Assembly (NCBI RefSeq): GCF_006345805.1
Contig: NC_043004.1
Location: 66,092,001 to 66,156,000, forward strand
DNA: 64,000 nt
Direction: 5' to 3'
DNA from: Octopus sinensis
Taxonomy: Eukaryota
Positions 1-13,357 of this stretch are shown in pieces; position 1 is the first letter of the stretch; each line of letters begins with the position of its first letter. The notes under the pieces are model-generated. The model did no database searches. It was not told the DNA's origin and saw only the letters and a program-made list of their open reading frames with translations. The position numbers and the translations under genes were made by a program.

Positions 1-317
1 CGATTACATATTTATATATTTTTATACATTTATTTCGCTCTAATTCTACGTTATTTTTACTAAGTCACTTTTGTATGATATTTATTTTATGATACAGCAT
101 CAACCCATTTCACATCAGTGCTATTTACTTAAAACTTATACCCGTCTCTATAATCTTGTTATTATTTTTTCCTTCTTGGGTTGTCTCTGGCATGTTTTTT
201 TTCCTATCGCACAACTCTTTACATATTTATTGGTTCATTACACGTCCTATTCATATCCTAGTGGACATCAATCTCTCTGCTTCTCTTTGACTGCATATGA
301 GTGTATCTCTCTATGCA

Positions 318-321
<4 letters not shown>

Positions 322-354
<33 letters not shown>

Positions 355-755
355 TCACGCATATATACAAATATACGCTTATACACGAATACATATGTGT
401 ATGTATATATATATATATACGTATATATATACGTATACGTATATATATACGTATATATATATACGTATATATATACGCTATATATATACGTATATACGTA
501 TCGTATCTTTGTATATATGCGTGAGTATCTATATATATATATGTATGTACATATGCAGAATTATATTCATGTATAAAGTGTATGCATATGCCCATATAGG
601 TGTGTATATGGGTTTCCTTATGTGCTTGCATGTATGTATATATTTATTTAATACATATATACACATATATATATATATATATAAATATAATATGTGTGTG
701 CGGATGTATAAATATATATACTATTCATACACAACACACACACACACACACACAT
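322..755. repeat. Compound (TA)n/(TATACG)n/(CA)n microsatellite
   Basis: Direct reading; produces the YIYIY/THTH ORFs. Confidence 0.95.
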
Positions 756-957
756 ACACTAATTTATACGATTTTGTTCTCGTTATTCAGGGCAAATTTC
801 CCTGTATTCTGCCGAAATTCTTGCAAGTCATCAGAATCTTTGCAAATGTATCTTTCTTGCTTTTTTCTAATCTGTTTCCATCCTTCTCCTCTTCCTGCTG
901 TCCTTCCTCCCCTCTTTTTTTCTTCTCTGCCTCTCGACCTCCATTACTCAAGAATTC

Positions 958-1467
958 TTTTCTTCTTCTTCTTCTTCTTCTTCTTCTTCTTCTTCTTCTT
1001 CTTCTTCTTCTTCTTCTTCTTCTTCTTTTCTTCTTCTTCTTCTTCTTCTTTCTTCTTCTTCTTCTTCTTCTTCTTCTCTTATTCTTCTTTTTTCTTCTTC
1101 TTTTTTTCTTCTTCTTTTTTCTTCTTCTTCTTCTTCTTCTTCTTCTTCTTTTCTTCTTCTTTTCTTCTTTTGTTCTCTTCCTTCTCTTCTTCTTCTTCTT
1201 CTTCCTCCTCCTCCTTTCTTCTTCTCTTCTCCTTCTCCTCTTCTTTCTTGTCCTTGTTCTTGTTCTTGTTGTTGTTGTTCTTCTTCTTTTTCTTCTTCTT
1301 TTTCTCCTTCTTGCTCTTCTTCTTGCTCTTCTTCTTGCTCTTCTTCTTCTTCTTCTTCTTCTCCCCCTCCTCCACTTCTTTTTTCCTGTTCTTCTTGTTT
1401 TGTTCTTCTTGTTGTTGTTCTTCTTCTTCATCTTCTAGACGATGCTATTGTTGTTGTTGTTGTTGTT
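958..1467. repeat. (TTC)n / (TTG)n trinucleotide tract, ~0.5 kb
   Basis: Direct reading; explains the poly-L/F/K/R/E ORFs. Confidence 0.95.
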
Positions 1468-1881
1468 ATCATTATTAATATAGTGTCCTATCAATGGAGA
1501 CTAGTAGACTAGATCTGGTCTCGTACGACCATTTTTTTAAAACAATTTTCTCCATTTTCTATTCGACATTCATCGCTGTTACTTGTAATTTAACAAGCGA
1601 ATGTACAAATCTTTTTCCTAAACAAAATCCTTCACTAGATCTCGAAGCTTTAGTATTTCATTCAGCCCTCCCCTGTTTTCTTCTTATAATTGTTCTTGTT
1701 GACAATAGTGGTACTAATACTTATTCCGTTTAGTGACGTTGTATTCATAAAGACATTATCTATGTTTATATACAGTGTCCTGATAAGATATTATCGAATA
1801 CATACTCTTTCTTACTATGAATATTTAATAGAATAAATCTATAAATTTGAACCTATTCTTTCCCTACAAGTTGAAAAATAT

Positions 1882-2325
1882 TGGTTTCTAATTTTGGCAC
1901 AAAACCAACAATTTCGGGGGAGACGCTAAATCGATTAACTCGACCCCAGTGCTCAACTGGTACTTATTTTATACGTCCCCGAGGGGATAAAAAAGCAAAG
2001 TTAACCCCGGTGGAATTTGAAACTAGAAAGTAAAGACGGACGAAATTCTGCTGGGCATTTTGTCCTGTGTCCTAACGATTCTGCCAGCTCACCGTCTTTT
2101 GCAAGTCGAGCAATATTGATTTCAAGTTTTGGCACACGGCTAACAATTTCGTGGGAGGCGTTAAGTCGATTACATTGACTACTTTGTTCAACTCGTATTT
2201 GTTTTCTCGGTCCCAATATGGTGAAAGCCAAACACGTCCTTGATGTAATCTGAACTCAGAAAGTGAGGGCAGATGAAATGGCTCTAAGCATTTTGTCAGG
2301 CATTTTATCGATTTTGCTAGCACGT
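1882..2325 (-). mobile_element. Two degenerate tandem copies of tRNA-derived SINE family A
   Basis: Reverse complement matches the 7066-8017 element (cgaccccagtg..actggtactt, ggaatttgaaact, ctgccagctc). Copies at about 1882-2097 and 2113-2325. Confidence 0.75.
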
Positions 2326-2947
2326 TACCAGTTTACCTATTATCGCACGTTCACGCAAATCTTCCTATTCCTTCCGCTAATGATACGGAGTAAGTAATTC
2401 GCAGACCACCTTTAGAGAAAGAGAGAGAGAGAGACAGAGAGAGAAAAACAGAGAGAGAGAGAGAGCAAAAGAGATTGAGTGAGAGAGAGGAGGGATTTTA
2501 CATTTTCAGTATGTAAGTATTTATGAAAGACTAATCGATTCAAGTTATATTTCCTTAACACTTTGTACCAGACCACCGCACCAATCGATTTAGTGAATAT
2601 CGTTCGGTCGTTTGTGCAAAATGGTTGACTGACTAAAAGGATGACCAGTTTGCTTTACATTGTCTCGTTTCTTAATTGTTCTGTAGATTTTACAAGATAA
2701 TCGAAACAAAATAGATAGAAATATATATCATAAATCAAAACAAAAGACGCATGTCTGCCTCTAACGTAAATATCGAACGAAGTTGCATTTATAGAACTTA
2801 AATAATAGAGTTTAATTGTAATGTTAACTAAACGTGTTGTGTTTATAAGATAGTAATGCATATTGCTTCAATAGATAGTAAGGAAAACCGGTTTTATGGG
2901 CAATAATAAAGGAATAAAAGATGAAACAAAATCAAGCAGTATATATG

Positions 2948-2985
<38 letters not shown>

Positions 2986-4003
2986 GTGTGTGTGCGCGTG
3001 TTTAGAATTGGGCGTGCGATATAGTCATGTAGTCATTTTTGAGTAAATGCCGGGTGTTGACCTTGTGTCAGTGAATACATGGAATATTGTGGTTTTATTT
3101 TTCTAAGGAACAGACATTATATTAATAGATCTAGCCATATTCATTACTGTGGTTGGTGTTATTCTTTCGCACAAATTCAGCTTTATTGTGTTGATATATA
3201 ATGAAGAGAGTATGTACACTGGATCACCCGGTTTCTTTTCTTACACGGTAAATAATTTTGCTTAAACTTAAAGATGCATGTCTGTTTACTTTGAAACACA
3301 TAGTTTTAATATTGCCCAGCTCTATTGAGTGTAAGATATCGGAAATTAGTAATTTGCAGCTCTAATTCTTAGAATGCTGTTTGAAAAGATATATGCTTTC
3401 TTGTGGCCAGGTTCTACTGATAGTTCAATCAAGACTTCATTCAAACACATTCCAGATAAACAACAAGACCCCTATCTACTACAAATTTTCCATCAAATTC
3501 ACCCTTGGCTGTTCCACTACTTGCCTTCCATTTTTTTTTTCTACTTCTCTCACCCACTTTCCTTTTCCTACTACTCCCTCACGGCGTATCATGTCTAAGA
3601 TGTTTTGCGTTCTTGATCAGTTGCATACAATTTCTAAAATATAGTCAATCCCCCAAAAAACCCTCTGTGCCTTTGCTTTATTTACCATTTGTCACTGTCC
3701 GGGAGGCAGGATACGCCAGTCGACACAGCAATTTCACAAGGTTTATCGATGCGGAACGACAGATAACTCATTGTACTCTATCTCACCGAGCACATATTTG
3801 CTGGCGTTTTCAATTATGCGTTAGTTTTCATTCATGTTATTATGCTGATATTCTATATGCCCTGACCATTGTCAAACTTGTCCTTCTTACACCTACTTCT
3901 TACACCTGAGAGCCGTACAATTGCTGCGTTAACATTTTGACGTATAAGTGTATTAATAAATAAATAAATATATAGAAACAAACAAAGATATATACATACA
4001 TAA

Positions 4004-4057
<54 letters not shown>

Positions 4058-4131
4058 CGTTAAAGTATTTAATATGTATATATTTGTAATATATAATATA
4101 TATATATATATATATCCATACATATACATAT

Positions 4132-4188
<57 letters not shown>

Positions 4189-5559
4189 ATGTATGTATGT
4201 ATATATATATAAATTTAACAATATATGCATACAAATATATAGGTACACACATCCAGATACACATTATAAACGTGTGAATGTACGTATGTATGTATGTGTG
4301 TGTGTTTGTATGTGTACAGGTGTCTCTATATAATCAGAGAATCCTTCATGCTATCAAATATGGAATAACACCATACAACCAGATGAAAATATCCACATGC
4401 TCCTGCAATCATATATGCACAAGCCGAAGTGAATCAACACAGAAAAGAAGACTGTTATATCATTTAAGAGTCTATCTACTTAGGAGTTATTGTTGAGCCT
4501 TCAGGTAGTTCTTAACGACGGTTCTTTAAATGAGCAATCATAGTCTATTCACGACTGACAGTGGAAAGTAAACTTGCCGGGCATTTTTCATATATCCTAA
4601 CCAGATCGATAACTTCACACTTCGAAATATGAATGCGATAAAATTTGTCTTGATCAATAGTTAACAATTAGATTACTTGTAAATCTAGCAACTAAGACGC
4701 AACAGTCTTACATATTGAATCCATTTTCATAACAATTTTTACACACTCATACGATCACACATACGCACAAACACATACACACACACACACAGAATTGCAC
4801 ATAGTCGCGCACGCACCCATTCACACACATGTATGCATATATATAGAAAAGTCGCTTTTTCTCGGAGTCTCTCGCTGTATATATATATGTGAATGCGTAT
4901 ATATGCGCGTAGAAGGAGGCCTAAACTACGAGTAATGAAGGTGTCAGTTTTAGATTTTACCATTTTAAACGCAAATGGATTACTTCCCACTGCACTATGT
5001 GTGTAAATGAGTCTATATATACATGCATAGATACCTGCATATACATAGCAACATGCATATATATATACACATACACACATACGTATGTACCTATGCATGT
5101 ATGTATGTATGTATGTATGTATGTATGTATGTATGTATGTATGTATGTATATACATATGCATGTATTTGAGCGTGGTGTGAGAACGTATATGCTTATATG
5201 TTTAGAGTATACACATATACATACATATACACACATACAAACATATATATTTATATACATACGTGTGTATATCTAACTATCATATATATGCTTATATGCC
5301 ATATGTATAATTATGTATATAACTACCAGCATACAATAAAGGTCACAGTCTAACATATACACATACACACATAGGCAAATGGTAGCGGTCCCAAAATGTT
5401 TTGAACCTTTGACCAGTTTGACACAAGATAATTTCTCAAAGAGCAAGGGGGCATGTGCACAACCAAGTAAAAATCCATAATATATATTACAATTATTAAA
5501 TATTTAACACATATACATTACATATAGTTGCAATGCAAGAACACACTTAAAACTGCAAT

Positions 5560-5800
5560 ATTCGATGACATAGAATTAAAAGGTTTAATCTTACACCACA
5601 TACTGGTGTAGGCCCGCTGCCCAATATCTGAGCTCCTCTTAAATATGGCTTCAATGCTGGATAGTTTTTCTTCTTAATTCTCTTACACTGTATTGACCAC
5701 GTATTACTAGATTGAGAATGGTTTACTTCCAAGTGAGAAGTCAGTTTTGTGTGTTTGTGTTCTTTTGGATGCTTATAGATTGATCGAGGTGGACGTGTAT
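5560..5800 (-). pseudogene. Possible decayed Penelope-like GIY-YIG endonuclease C-terminal fragment
   Basis: Minus-strand peptide YKHPKEHKHTKLTSHLEVNHSQSSNTWSIQCK...KPY resembles the H..K...T.LS.H......WSI....KPY pattern of PLE endonucleases. It lies next to a hammerhead foldback. Judged by eye only. Confidence 0.3.
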
Positions 5801-6137
5801 TTATTTATGTAGATGTTCTTCTTCTAGATGTTATCAGTAAGGGGTTGTCTCACATGTTGCCTCATTTGAGCGGGGTTTCATAACTGGGAGAAATTAGCAC
5901 GAGAGAAAATGAAAATAGAGATTTCAGAGCATCGAATCTGTCTGTCTGTCTGTCTCTGTCTCTCTCTCTCTCTCTCATACATATATATATTATAATATAG
6001 CAATAATAAGCAGTAATTATATGAAGTATATGACATAAATTTAGAAATATAATCAAAGGGTATATATATATTAATATAATAATATATCTACTAAGGGATA
6101 TTAGTATATAACTACAAAAATTGGTAAGAGAAAAGGA

Positions 6138-6510
6138 TATATATATGTAAGAGATGGAGGTGGAAATAGCACAGAAGTACGTCTAAGGCTTTTCAATTGA
6201 AGAATAACTTGAATAAAAGTTATATAAAGAAGATATTACCGGTTTCACTGTATCTCATCTTAACAAATATCAGTAAACATTTATAAAAGTCTAATGTAAA
6301 AACAGTTTATCTTCTGCCCCGGGGTCAAGAGCATGCCTGAAGACTCCCATACAAAAGGCAAACTGTTTTTACTTCAAATTTTTATAATTTTTTTTTATTA
6401 ATATTTGATAAGATGAGATACATTGAAACCGGTAATATCTTCTTTATATAATATATCTCGTAGACTTAGCTATGTGCTATTTCCACCTCCATGTTATGTA
6501 TATATATATA
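6138..6510. mobile_element. Foldback element (inverted pLTR-like arms) flanked by (TA)n, carrying hammerhead motifs
   Basis: Perfect 20-bp inverted repeat 6154-6173/6473-6492 and imperfect ~100-bp inverted repeat 6220-6316/6351-6451. Confidence 0.85.
6401..6438 (+). ncRNA. Minimal type I hammerhead ribozyme, U3-A8 core variant
   Basis: ATAT-TTGATAA-GATG-agata-CATT-GAAAC-cg-GTA-ATAT. Stem I ATAT/ATAT, stem II 4 bp, palindromic stem III ACCGGT, GUA triplet. Confidence 0.6.
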
Positions 6511-6669
6511 TATATATATATATGGGTGTGTATATAAATATAAATATATAAATATATATATGTGTGTGTGTCTATGCATATATATATATATATAATAACT
6601 ATACATATATATATGTAAATATATATATATAAATATATATGCGTGTGTGTGTGTGTGTGTGTGTGTGTG

Positions 6670-6830
6670 CTTGAGTCTGTTTTTGTCCATACATCCGTGC
6701 TCGACAACCTGTGTTGGAGGGTTTACGCCCTGAAAACATCAGCGTTTCGGCAGAGGAAACCGATAGAATAAGTACCAGGCTTTTAAAAATCACAGATGTA
6801 TTAGATACATTTGTCAAACAAAAGGGATAA
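6670..6830 (+). mobile_element. 3' half of SINE family B, degenerate
   Basis: gacaacc..gtgtt..gtttacg..ttcggc...accgatagaataagtac matches 44470-44560. Confidence 0.65.
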
Positions 6831-7065
6831 AGGACATATAATTAGATTGTTTCATGTTGAACGTGATTATCTGTTAAGTAGAGTTTCTGGGATGTAATTA
6901 GTGAGTGGTTACCCCTTTAATATACTAATAAATTAATATTCTTCTATGCAAATGTTTGCATTTAGTCACACAATTCAGGCGGATTTGTTAACGGCATCAG
7001 ATATTTACAATTGCCATATCAGTAGAAATACTACATTCAGTAAAGTAATAATATTAAAATGATAT

Positions 7066-8017
7066 GGCGGGGAACTGGCCGAAACGTTAGCACGCCGGGC
7101 GAAATGCTCAGCGGTATTTCGTCTGCCGCTACGTTCTGAGTTCAAATTTCGCCGAGGTCGACTTTGCCTTTCATCCTTTCGGGATCGATTAAATAAGTAC
7201 CAGTTGCGCACTGTGGTCGATATAATCGACTTAATCCGTTTGCCAGTCCTTGTTTGTCCCCTCTATGTTTAGCCCCTTGTGGGTAGTAAAGAAATAGGTA
7301 TTTAGTCTGCCGCTACGTTCTGAGATCAAATTCCGCAGAGGTCGACTTTGCCTTTCATCCTTTCGGGGTCGATAAATTAAGTACAGTTACTCACTGGGGT
7401 CGATATAATCGACTTAATACGTTTGTCTGTCCTTGTTTGCCCTCTCTGTGTTTAGCCTCTTGTCGGTAGTAAAGAAATGGGTATTTAGTCTGCCGCTACG
7501 TTCTGAGATCAAATTCCGCAGAGGTCGACTTTGCCTTTCATCCTTTTGGGGTCGATAAATTAAGTACAGTTACTCACTGGGGTTGATATTATCGACTTAA
7601 TACGTTTGTCTGTTCTTGTTTGTCCTCTCTGTGTTTAGCCCCTTGTGGGGAGTAAAGAAATAGGTATTTAGTCTGCCGCTACGTTCTGAGATCAAATTCC
7701 GCAGAGGTCGACTTTGCCTTTCATCCTTTCGGGGTCGATAAATTAAGTACAGTTACTCACTGGGGTCGATATAATCGACTTAATATGTTTGTCTGTCCTT
7801 GTTTGTCCTCTCTGTGTTTAGCCCCTTGTCGGTAGTAAAGAAATGGGTATTTAGTCTGCCGTTACGTTCTCGGTTTAAATTCCACCGTGTTCGACTTTGC
7901 TTTTCTCCCTTTCGGGATCGATAAATTAACTACCAGTTACGCACTGGGGTCGATCTAATCGACTGGCCGCCTCCCACAAAATTTCGGGTGTTGTGCCTGG
8001 AGCAGAAAATAATATTA
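7066..8017 (+). mobile_element. SINE family A with four internal 183/184-bp tandem units plus a terminal unit
   Basis: Head ggcggggaactggccgaaacgttagcacgcc and B-box-like gagttcaaattc. Motif ggtattt(c/a)gtctgccg recurs at 7113, 7297, 7480, 7663, 7846. Central gactttgcctttcatcctttcggggtcgataaattaagtac resembles the Meta/MESC-type SINE domain (from memory). Confidence 0.9.
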
Positions 8018-8509
8018 GTAGTAATATTATTTATTCATGCCTTGCACTAAAGTAATATATTACAATGATAGCGCGGCTAAAATGAGAAGAGAACTAAATC
8101 TGTGCTTGTAGGAAAAAATGAACAGGCAGATGGAAGAGGTGATACTGGGGGGAAGGGTTTAGCGGTTTATTAATGAGGAAACCAAAGGCCAAGTGTGAAA
8201 GATGTTAGAATAGAGCAATGAAGAGAAAATTGGGAAACTCAAAAATGAAGAATGAAAAATGAAAAACGAAACGAGAAAAAATGTTAAAATACTATCTGAA
8301 AGAGAAAGAAAAGATTAAAACATTAGAAAATGTAATTAAAATGTATATGGAAATGAAAATAAAAAAGACGATGTGAAACAAAGGTATTAGTCTAAATATA
8401 TTTATATGAAAAGTGATCAATCAGGAGGTTGAGAAAACCCCGAAATATATGTTTTTTCGTATTTTCAAAAGTTTAGAAAGTTTAAAGGTTTAAAATGTAT
8501 GGAGATTAT

Positions 8510-8621
8510 TTAGAGATAGATAGGTAGAGAGATAGATAAATAGATAGACAGATGGCTAGCGAGAGAGATAAAGATGAATGGATAGATACATAGATAGACA
8601 TACACATAGATATATATATAT

Positions 8622-8710
<89 letters not shown>

Positions 8711-8795
8711 GGGGACCGACTTTTGGCGTGTGGTTTATGTGATACAGTCCCACATTTGTTTCGCTACTCATATATATATATGTGTGTATATATGA
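8510..8795. repeat. (GATA)n and (TA)n microsatellite
   Basis: Direct reading. Confidence 0.95.
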
Positions 8796-9624
8796 AAATT
8801 AGGTGTTGAAAATGCACCTGGATTTGGAAAACTTCTAATTGCTTTTAAATAAATTAATTTACATACATACCAAACTAGTTTGAACAATATATTTTTTTGG
8901 TTTATCAATGGTAAAAATTTTAAATAGGGAAGTAGAAATACATGTTTAAAAGATTCAATGCCTACAGAATCCTATAAAATCAAATACAATTCAAAACGGG
9001 ATCATCTTGTTTAAATACACAAAATTCAGTAGTCTTAGAAGAGGTGGATCAGTAATGTGGATCACCAAAGTTTCTGTCATATTGAGTTAAGAGGAGAAAA
9101 AAGGGAGAAAAGATAATAATTAAAAAAAAAAGGTTTCTGTGATTCTTTGTCCGTCGTTTGTAGGGATTTGTAACGGTCTCTTTTTGAATCCAGTGTATTT
9201 ATACTTTTTTTTCCGTGAATGGATTTGATTTCTGATTCGTTAATGAGCTGATGAGTCTTATTTTTCTGGTGGTCAAGTTTCTCGTTCTGCCTAGTTGGCC
9301 TCCCTGTGGGGAACGGTCATCAGCCGTTCCAGTTGGATGATTCTCTTAAAGGGTCATTTTGGTGTATTTGCTGAAGTTCGGTTTTAATCGGAGTTACAAT
9401 TTCATTGGCCTAGAGTTAGGTGACGTCAGCAACTGGTGTTTGCATACTGTTATTGTATGGTGATTTGGAGTTGTGGTTTCGAAACCCGAGTGGTAAACTG
9501 CTACTAAGGTTTTATTGAATTATCTCTGTTGTATCTGGTTGGTTTTTGTGGAGAAATTGTGTCTTTTTTTCCATTCTCTTTTTAGTGATTTTTTTCTTCT
9601 TTCTAAAGGACATTCAGCAGTGGT

Positions 9625-9663
<39 letters not shown>

Positions 9664-10230
9664 AGGTTTCGCATTTCCGGTTTATGTTTGTTACTTCGGG
9701 CTTATGTTTGCAGAAATTGGTCAGGATGTTTTCGTGGCATTGATCTAGATGTTTGAGTACGGGAATTTTCCTGGTCGTGGGGGTCCCGAATTTTACGCTT
9801 GTGTACCGTTGGTGTATCCCGCAAGGTCAAAGTAGTTTGATTATGCAGTCACCATCACCCCCATCATATTTGAAGACATACATTGAGAGAGAGAGAGAGA
9901 GAGAGAAAGTAAGAGGGAGAATATACATCGAAAGAGAGAGAAAGAGAAAGAAATAGACAGACAGATAGATACACTGTGTGATTCTAAATGTCCCTTCTTT
10001 TCTCCATAGAATAAAATGCATCTAATAAGCTACAAAGTTTATCAATGTATATTATTACCAATCAGATTATATACGTTGACATTGGTGGTTATTCTAATGT
10101 TTTTAAGTCCCTATCACATAATTTCCAAATGTATATACATTTTCTTGTACCTAGCTGACAGCGGATATAGGTTATATATGTATGTGTATGCATATATACA
10201 CGCATATATATATATTAATATATATATATA

Positions 10231-10271
<41 letters not shown>

Positions 10272-11149
10272 AATTATATATATATATATATGTATATATA
10301 TATGCATGTGTATGTGCATATATGCATGCACACACACACGTGCATATATCCAAGTATGATAGTATACATATGTCATATGTGTGTATAATTTTAAATATAT
10401 ATGAATACGCTATGTGTACGAGTGTATAGACTCGTATTATTGCATCTATACATCTAACTTAAACGCGTCACTTCATTGGGTACTTTTCGTCATCCCTTTC
10501 CCTTTCTTATTTACCCTGATTTCCCCACCTCTTTTATGACACATATCATTTCTCCTAAGAAATAAATATCCCAATTTTTCAGAGCCGGCTTCCCCTCATC
10601 GGTGCAAGATGGACATTTATCGTATTGGAATCTGCTGTAGCCCCATTATAATTTAGCATATGCAGATAACTAAATGAAATTAAACCACAGTCTATCATGC
10701 TAGGTTAATCTGTGAGTAGGACGCAATAATGGTTATTAACCAATTTCATTTACACATCTCTTTTTCGGTACTTAAAGTGTACCTCTTTCAGCAAAATGGC
10801 AGCACAAAAAGGAAGAAAACGGACAAAACAGTTAGGAAACATTCATAATGCTACACAATATTTTAATATTCGACTAATTCCTTCATTCCTTTAACTTGCA
10901 GACTTGATTATAGTACAATAAGAAATATTTTCCCTTTAGAACTGGGGGTGTATATCATGTCATCTTATAGACGTTTTTGCTGAATCTCGATATGAGACGG
11001 CGTTCATTTAGTGAATTGGTTTATAAACTTTATTCACCAATTATTGAGGCATTTGTGTTTTCTATACAAGACTTGTATATGCTTTAACCACGATCGCTTG
11101 ACTGACCATGTCACATTATAGACATACTTACATATATATATATATATAT

Positions 11150-11455
11150 ATCACTCTGATTACCGTGACTGACTAGGCTATCAGAAGTTGCTACACATCA
11201 CTGGTCGCAATGCGCTTCGCATTGTTTTAGCCTTCAAATGACGCCACCCCGCTGGCTAAGCGAGCCGGCCAACAGAAGAGAGAGTGAGAAAAAGTTGTGG
11301 TGAGAGAGTACAGCAGGGATCACCACTAACCTGCCAGAGCCTTGTAGAGCTTTTGGTGTTTCGCTCGATAAACACTCACAACACCCGGTTCGGGAATCGA
11401 AACCGCGATCCTACAACGCGAGTCCACTGCCCTAACCCCTGGGCCATTGCGCCTC

Positions 11456-11457
<2 letters not shown>
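11150..11457 (-). mobile_element. Full-length tRNA-derived SINE family C (octopus OR1-like)
   Basis: Minus-strand head ggaggcgcaatggcccag(g)ggttagggcag, with A box and B box gtttcgattcc. Closely similar copy at 52930-53221. Confidence 0.85.
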
Positions 11458-11490
<33 letters not shown>

Positions 11491-11835
11491 GTTGGTGCGT
11501 GTGTGTGTGGTTATGCGTGTATGTATGTGTGCTTGTGTGTAAAAACCAATCACAATTCGATAGACAAGGATAGTAAGAGAGAGAGAAAAAGAAGGAGAGA
11601 GAGATAGGGAATGGAGAAGGAGTAAAAGACAAGTGTCTTAAACATGAAATTGATTGATAACAAAACGAAATTTTCCTCGACAGGGTCGCTAAGTGCTGAT
11701 GTTAAGTTTCTCTAAAATGAACGATCCAACTTTACATTCTCACATAAAACTCAAACGTGTATTTGTAGGATTCAGGTATACTTTTGTAACATTTAGCCAG
11801 TCATTTCTACTTAAGAATTTGAATCAGATAGACTA

Positions 11836-12173
11836 CTGAGACCCCCGTCGTCAATGACTGACCATAGGATTGCACCTAGAAAGTTACCTTCCCAGTCACA
11901 AGTCCGGGCAAGGTTGTTTATGGAAGACCAGCAGTCACCCATGCATACTGGTCTCCCCTCTCCACGACACCGATGTTATCCAAGGGAAAGGTAACAACGG
12001 ATACAGCTTGGCACCTGTGACGTCGCAACTCATTTCTACAGCTGAGTGAACTGGTGCAACGTGAAATAAAGTGTCTTGCTCAAGAACACAACACGCAGCC
12101 CGGTTCGGGATTCGAACTCACAACCTCACGATCGTAAGCTCGACGCTCCAACTACTGAGCCATGCGCCTTCAC
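11836..12173 (-). mobile_element. Full-length tRNA-derived SINE family D (CORE-like centre) with 12-bp TSD
   Basis: A box tggctcagtagtt, B box gagttcgaatcc, CORE-like gtgttcttgagcaagacacttt. TCAGATAGACTA occurs at 11824-11835 and 12174-12185. Confidence 0.9.
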
Positions 12174-12761
12174 TCAGATAGACTAGTTTCCTGTCAAGTA
12201 ACTGAATATAATATGTCGTAAAAATTTATAAATTTCCCGGGACAAATAAGCGTATATATTTCAACATATGTAACTTGAAATGTAGTTTGACTTGATTTCA
12301 TATTAAATTATAACAATCTGCACCACGTTAGCGATCTAAACGTAGTTCCTTATGCACGATCAAGTTTTAGTTCTTAATTCATTCATGATGTTCTTTCAGG
12401 AACGACACATTAATCCTTGTATGAATATATAATATATATTTATTGATGCAGTTTCTAGTGAAATAAAGTGTATCTTAATACAAAGGAATTCAATTGCATT
12501 GAATTTGCCCTATGTTTATAGGACATGATATTGTAGTCTAGAGTGTATATAGATTGTGGATGAAATCAAGTTTTTCTCTACTCTGCAATTTCTTATCTGA
12601 TTACGTTACAAAATGCAGCTCTCCACAGACAGCATCTTCACCGTTACACAGTAAAGTCCCGATACATTTACTGCATTTTTATATAATACATCGTCTTCCT
12701 GTTTCCGCACTCATGCGTACATATATGTATGAACGTACAAAACTTCGAAATATAGGTAGAT

Positions 12762-12800
<39 letters not shown>

Positions 12801-12805
<5 letters not shown>

Positions 12806-13357
12806 CGAGACAAAACCACTATTTTAAAACCAAACAAGGTTTTTGTACATTTTTAAATATGAGAACTTTTATAATAGGTTTTTATATTCAATTGTTTATA
12901 GGGTTTATTTTAGATTATTTTAGATTATATATTGATTATATATAGATTATATATACTTTGATACTTTGATAGGTTTCGGCCATTATTGGCCCAGGCCATG
13001 TCTAACTTAATAGCACCACCTGATATAGATTATATTTTTATTTTTTTACATTCTTTCATTGATAATTTTATTGTTTTATTATTTTAAATTATTTTAAATT
13101 ATATTTTAAAATATTGCTATTTTTAGATCGAAAATCCACCTGAAGATTGTCGGAGCAGACATGAAACATTTGTAGTGGCGGTTTATTTAATTTATATTAA
13201 AATTTTATGTATTAATTAAGTCTTTCCTTGTTTGGTTTTAAAATAGTGGTTTTGTCTCGAATTATATTATATAATATTTTACTATAAAATTGGATTTAAC
13301 CTTAAATCTGATTTTTCCCTGTAATTTTGGATTCATTCCCTAGTATTTATATTATTA

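Noticed and set aside
71-1478. Long ORFs (455, 292, 214 aa) and the many similar YI/TH/LSIY/poly-residue ORFs across the window
   Set aside because: They are translations of microsatellites that lack stop codons; there is no domain content.
7113-8017. Regular repeat array superficially like CRISPR
   Set aside because: Whole 183-bp units repeat with no unique spacers; eukaryotic SINE context; no cas genes.
9262-9330. Minus-strand CTGATGA-cCGTTC...GAACGa-GAAAC hammerhead-like motif
   Set aside because: The cleavage triplet reads GAC and stem I cannot be formed; at best a fossil.
11385-11457. tRNA gene (also the heads near 12100-12173 and 53150-53221)
   Set aside because: A/B boxes are present but each continues into a SINE body, and I could not close a full cloverleaf.
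12965-13005. Second, minus-strand hammerhead half (GGCC-loop-GGCC-GAAAC..ATC)
   Set aside because: No CUGANGA or compensatory equivalent upstream.
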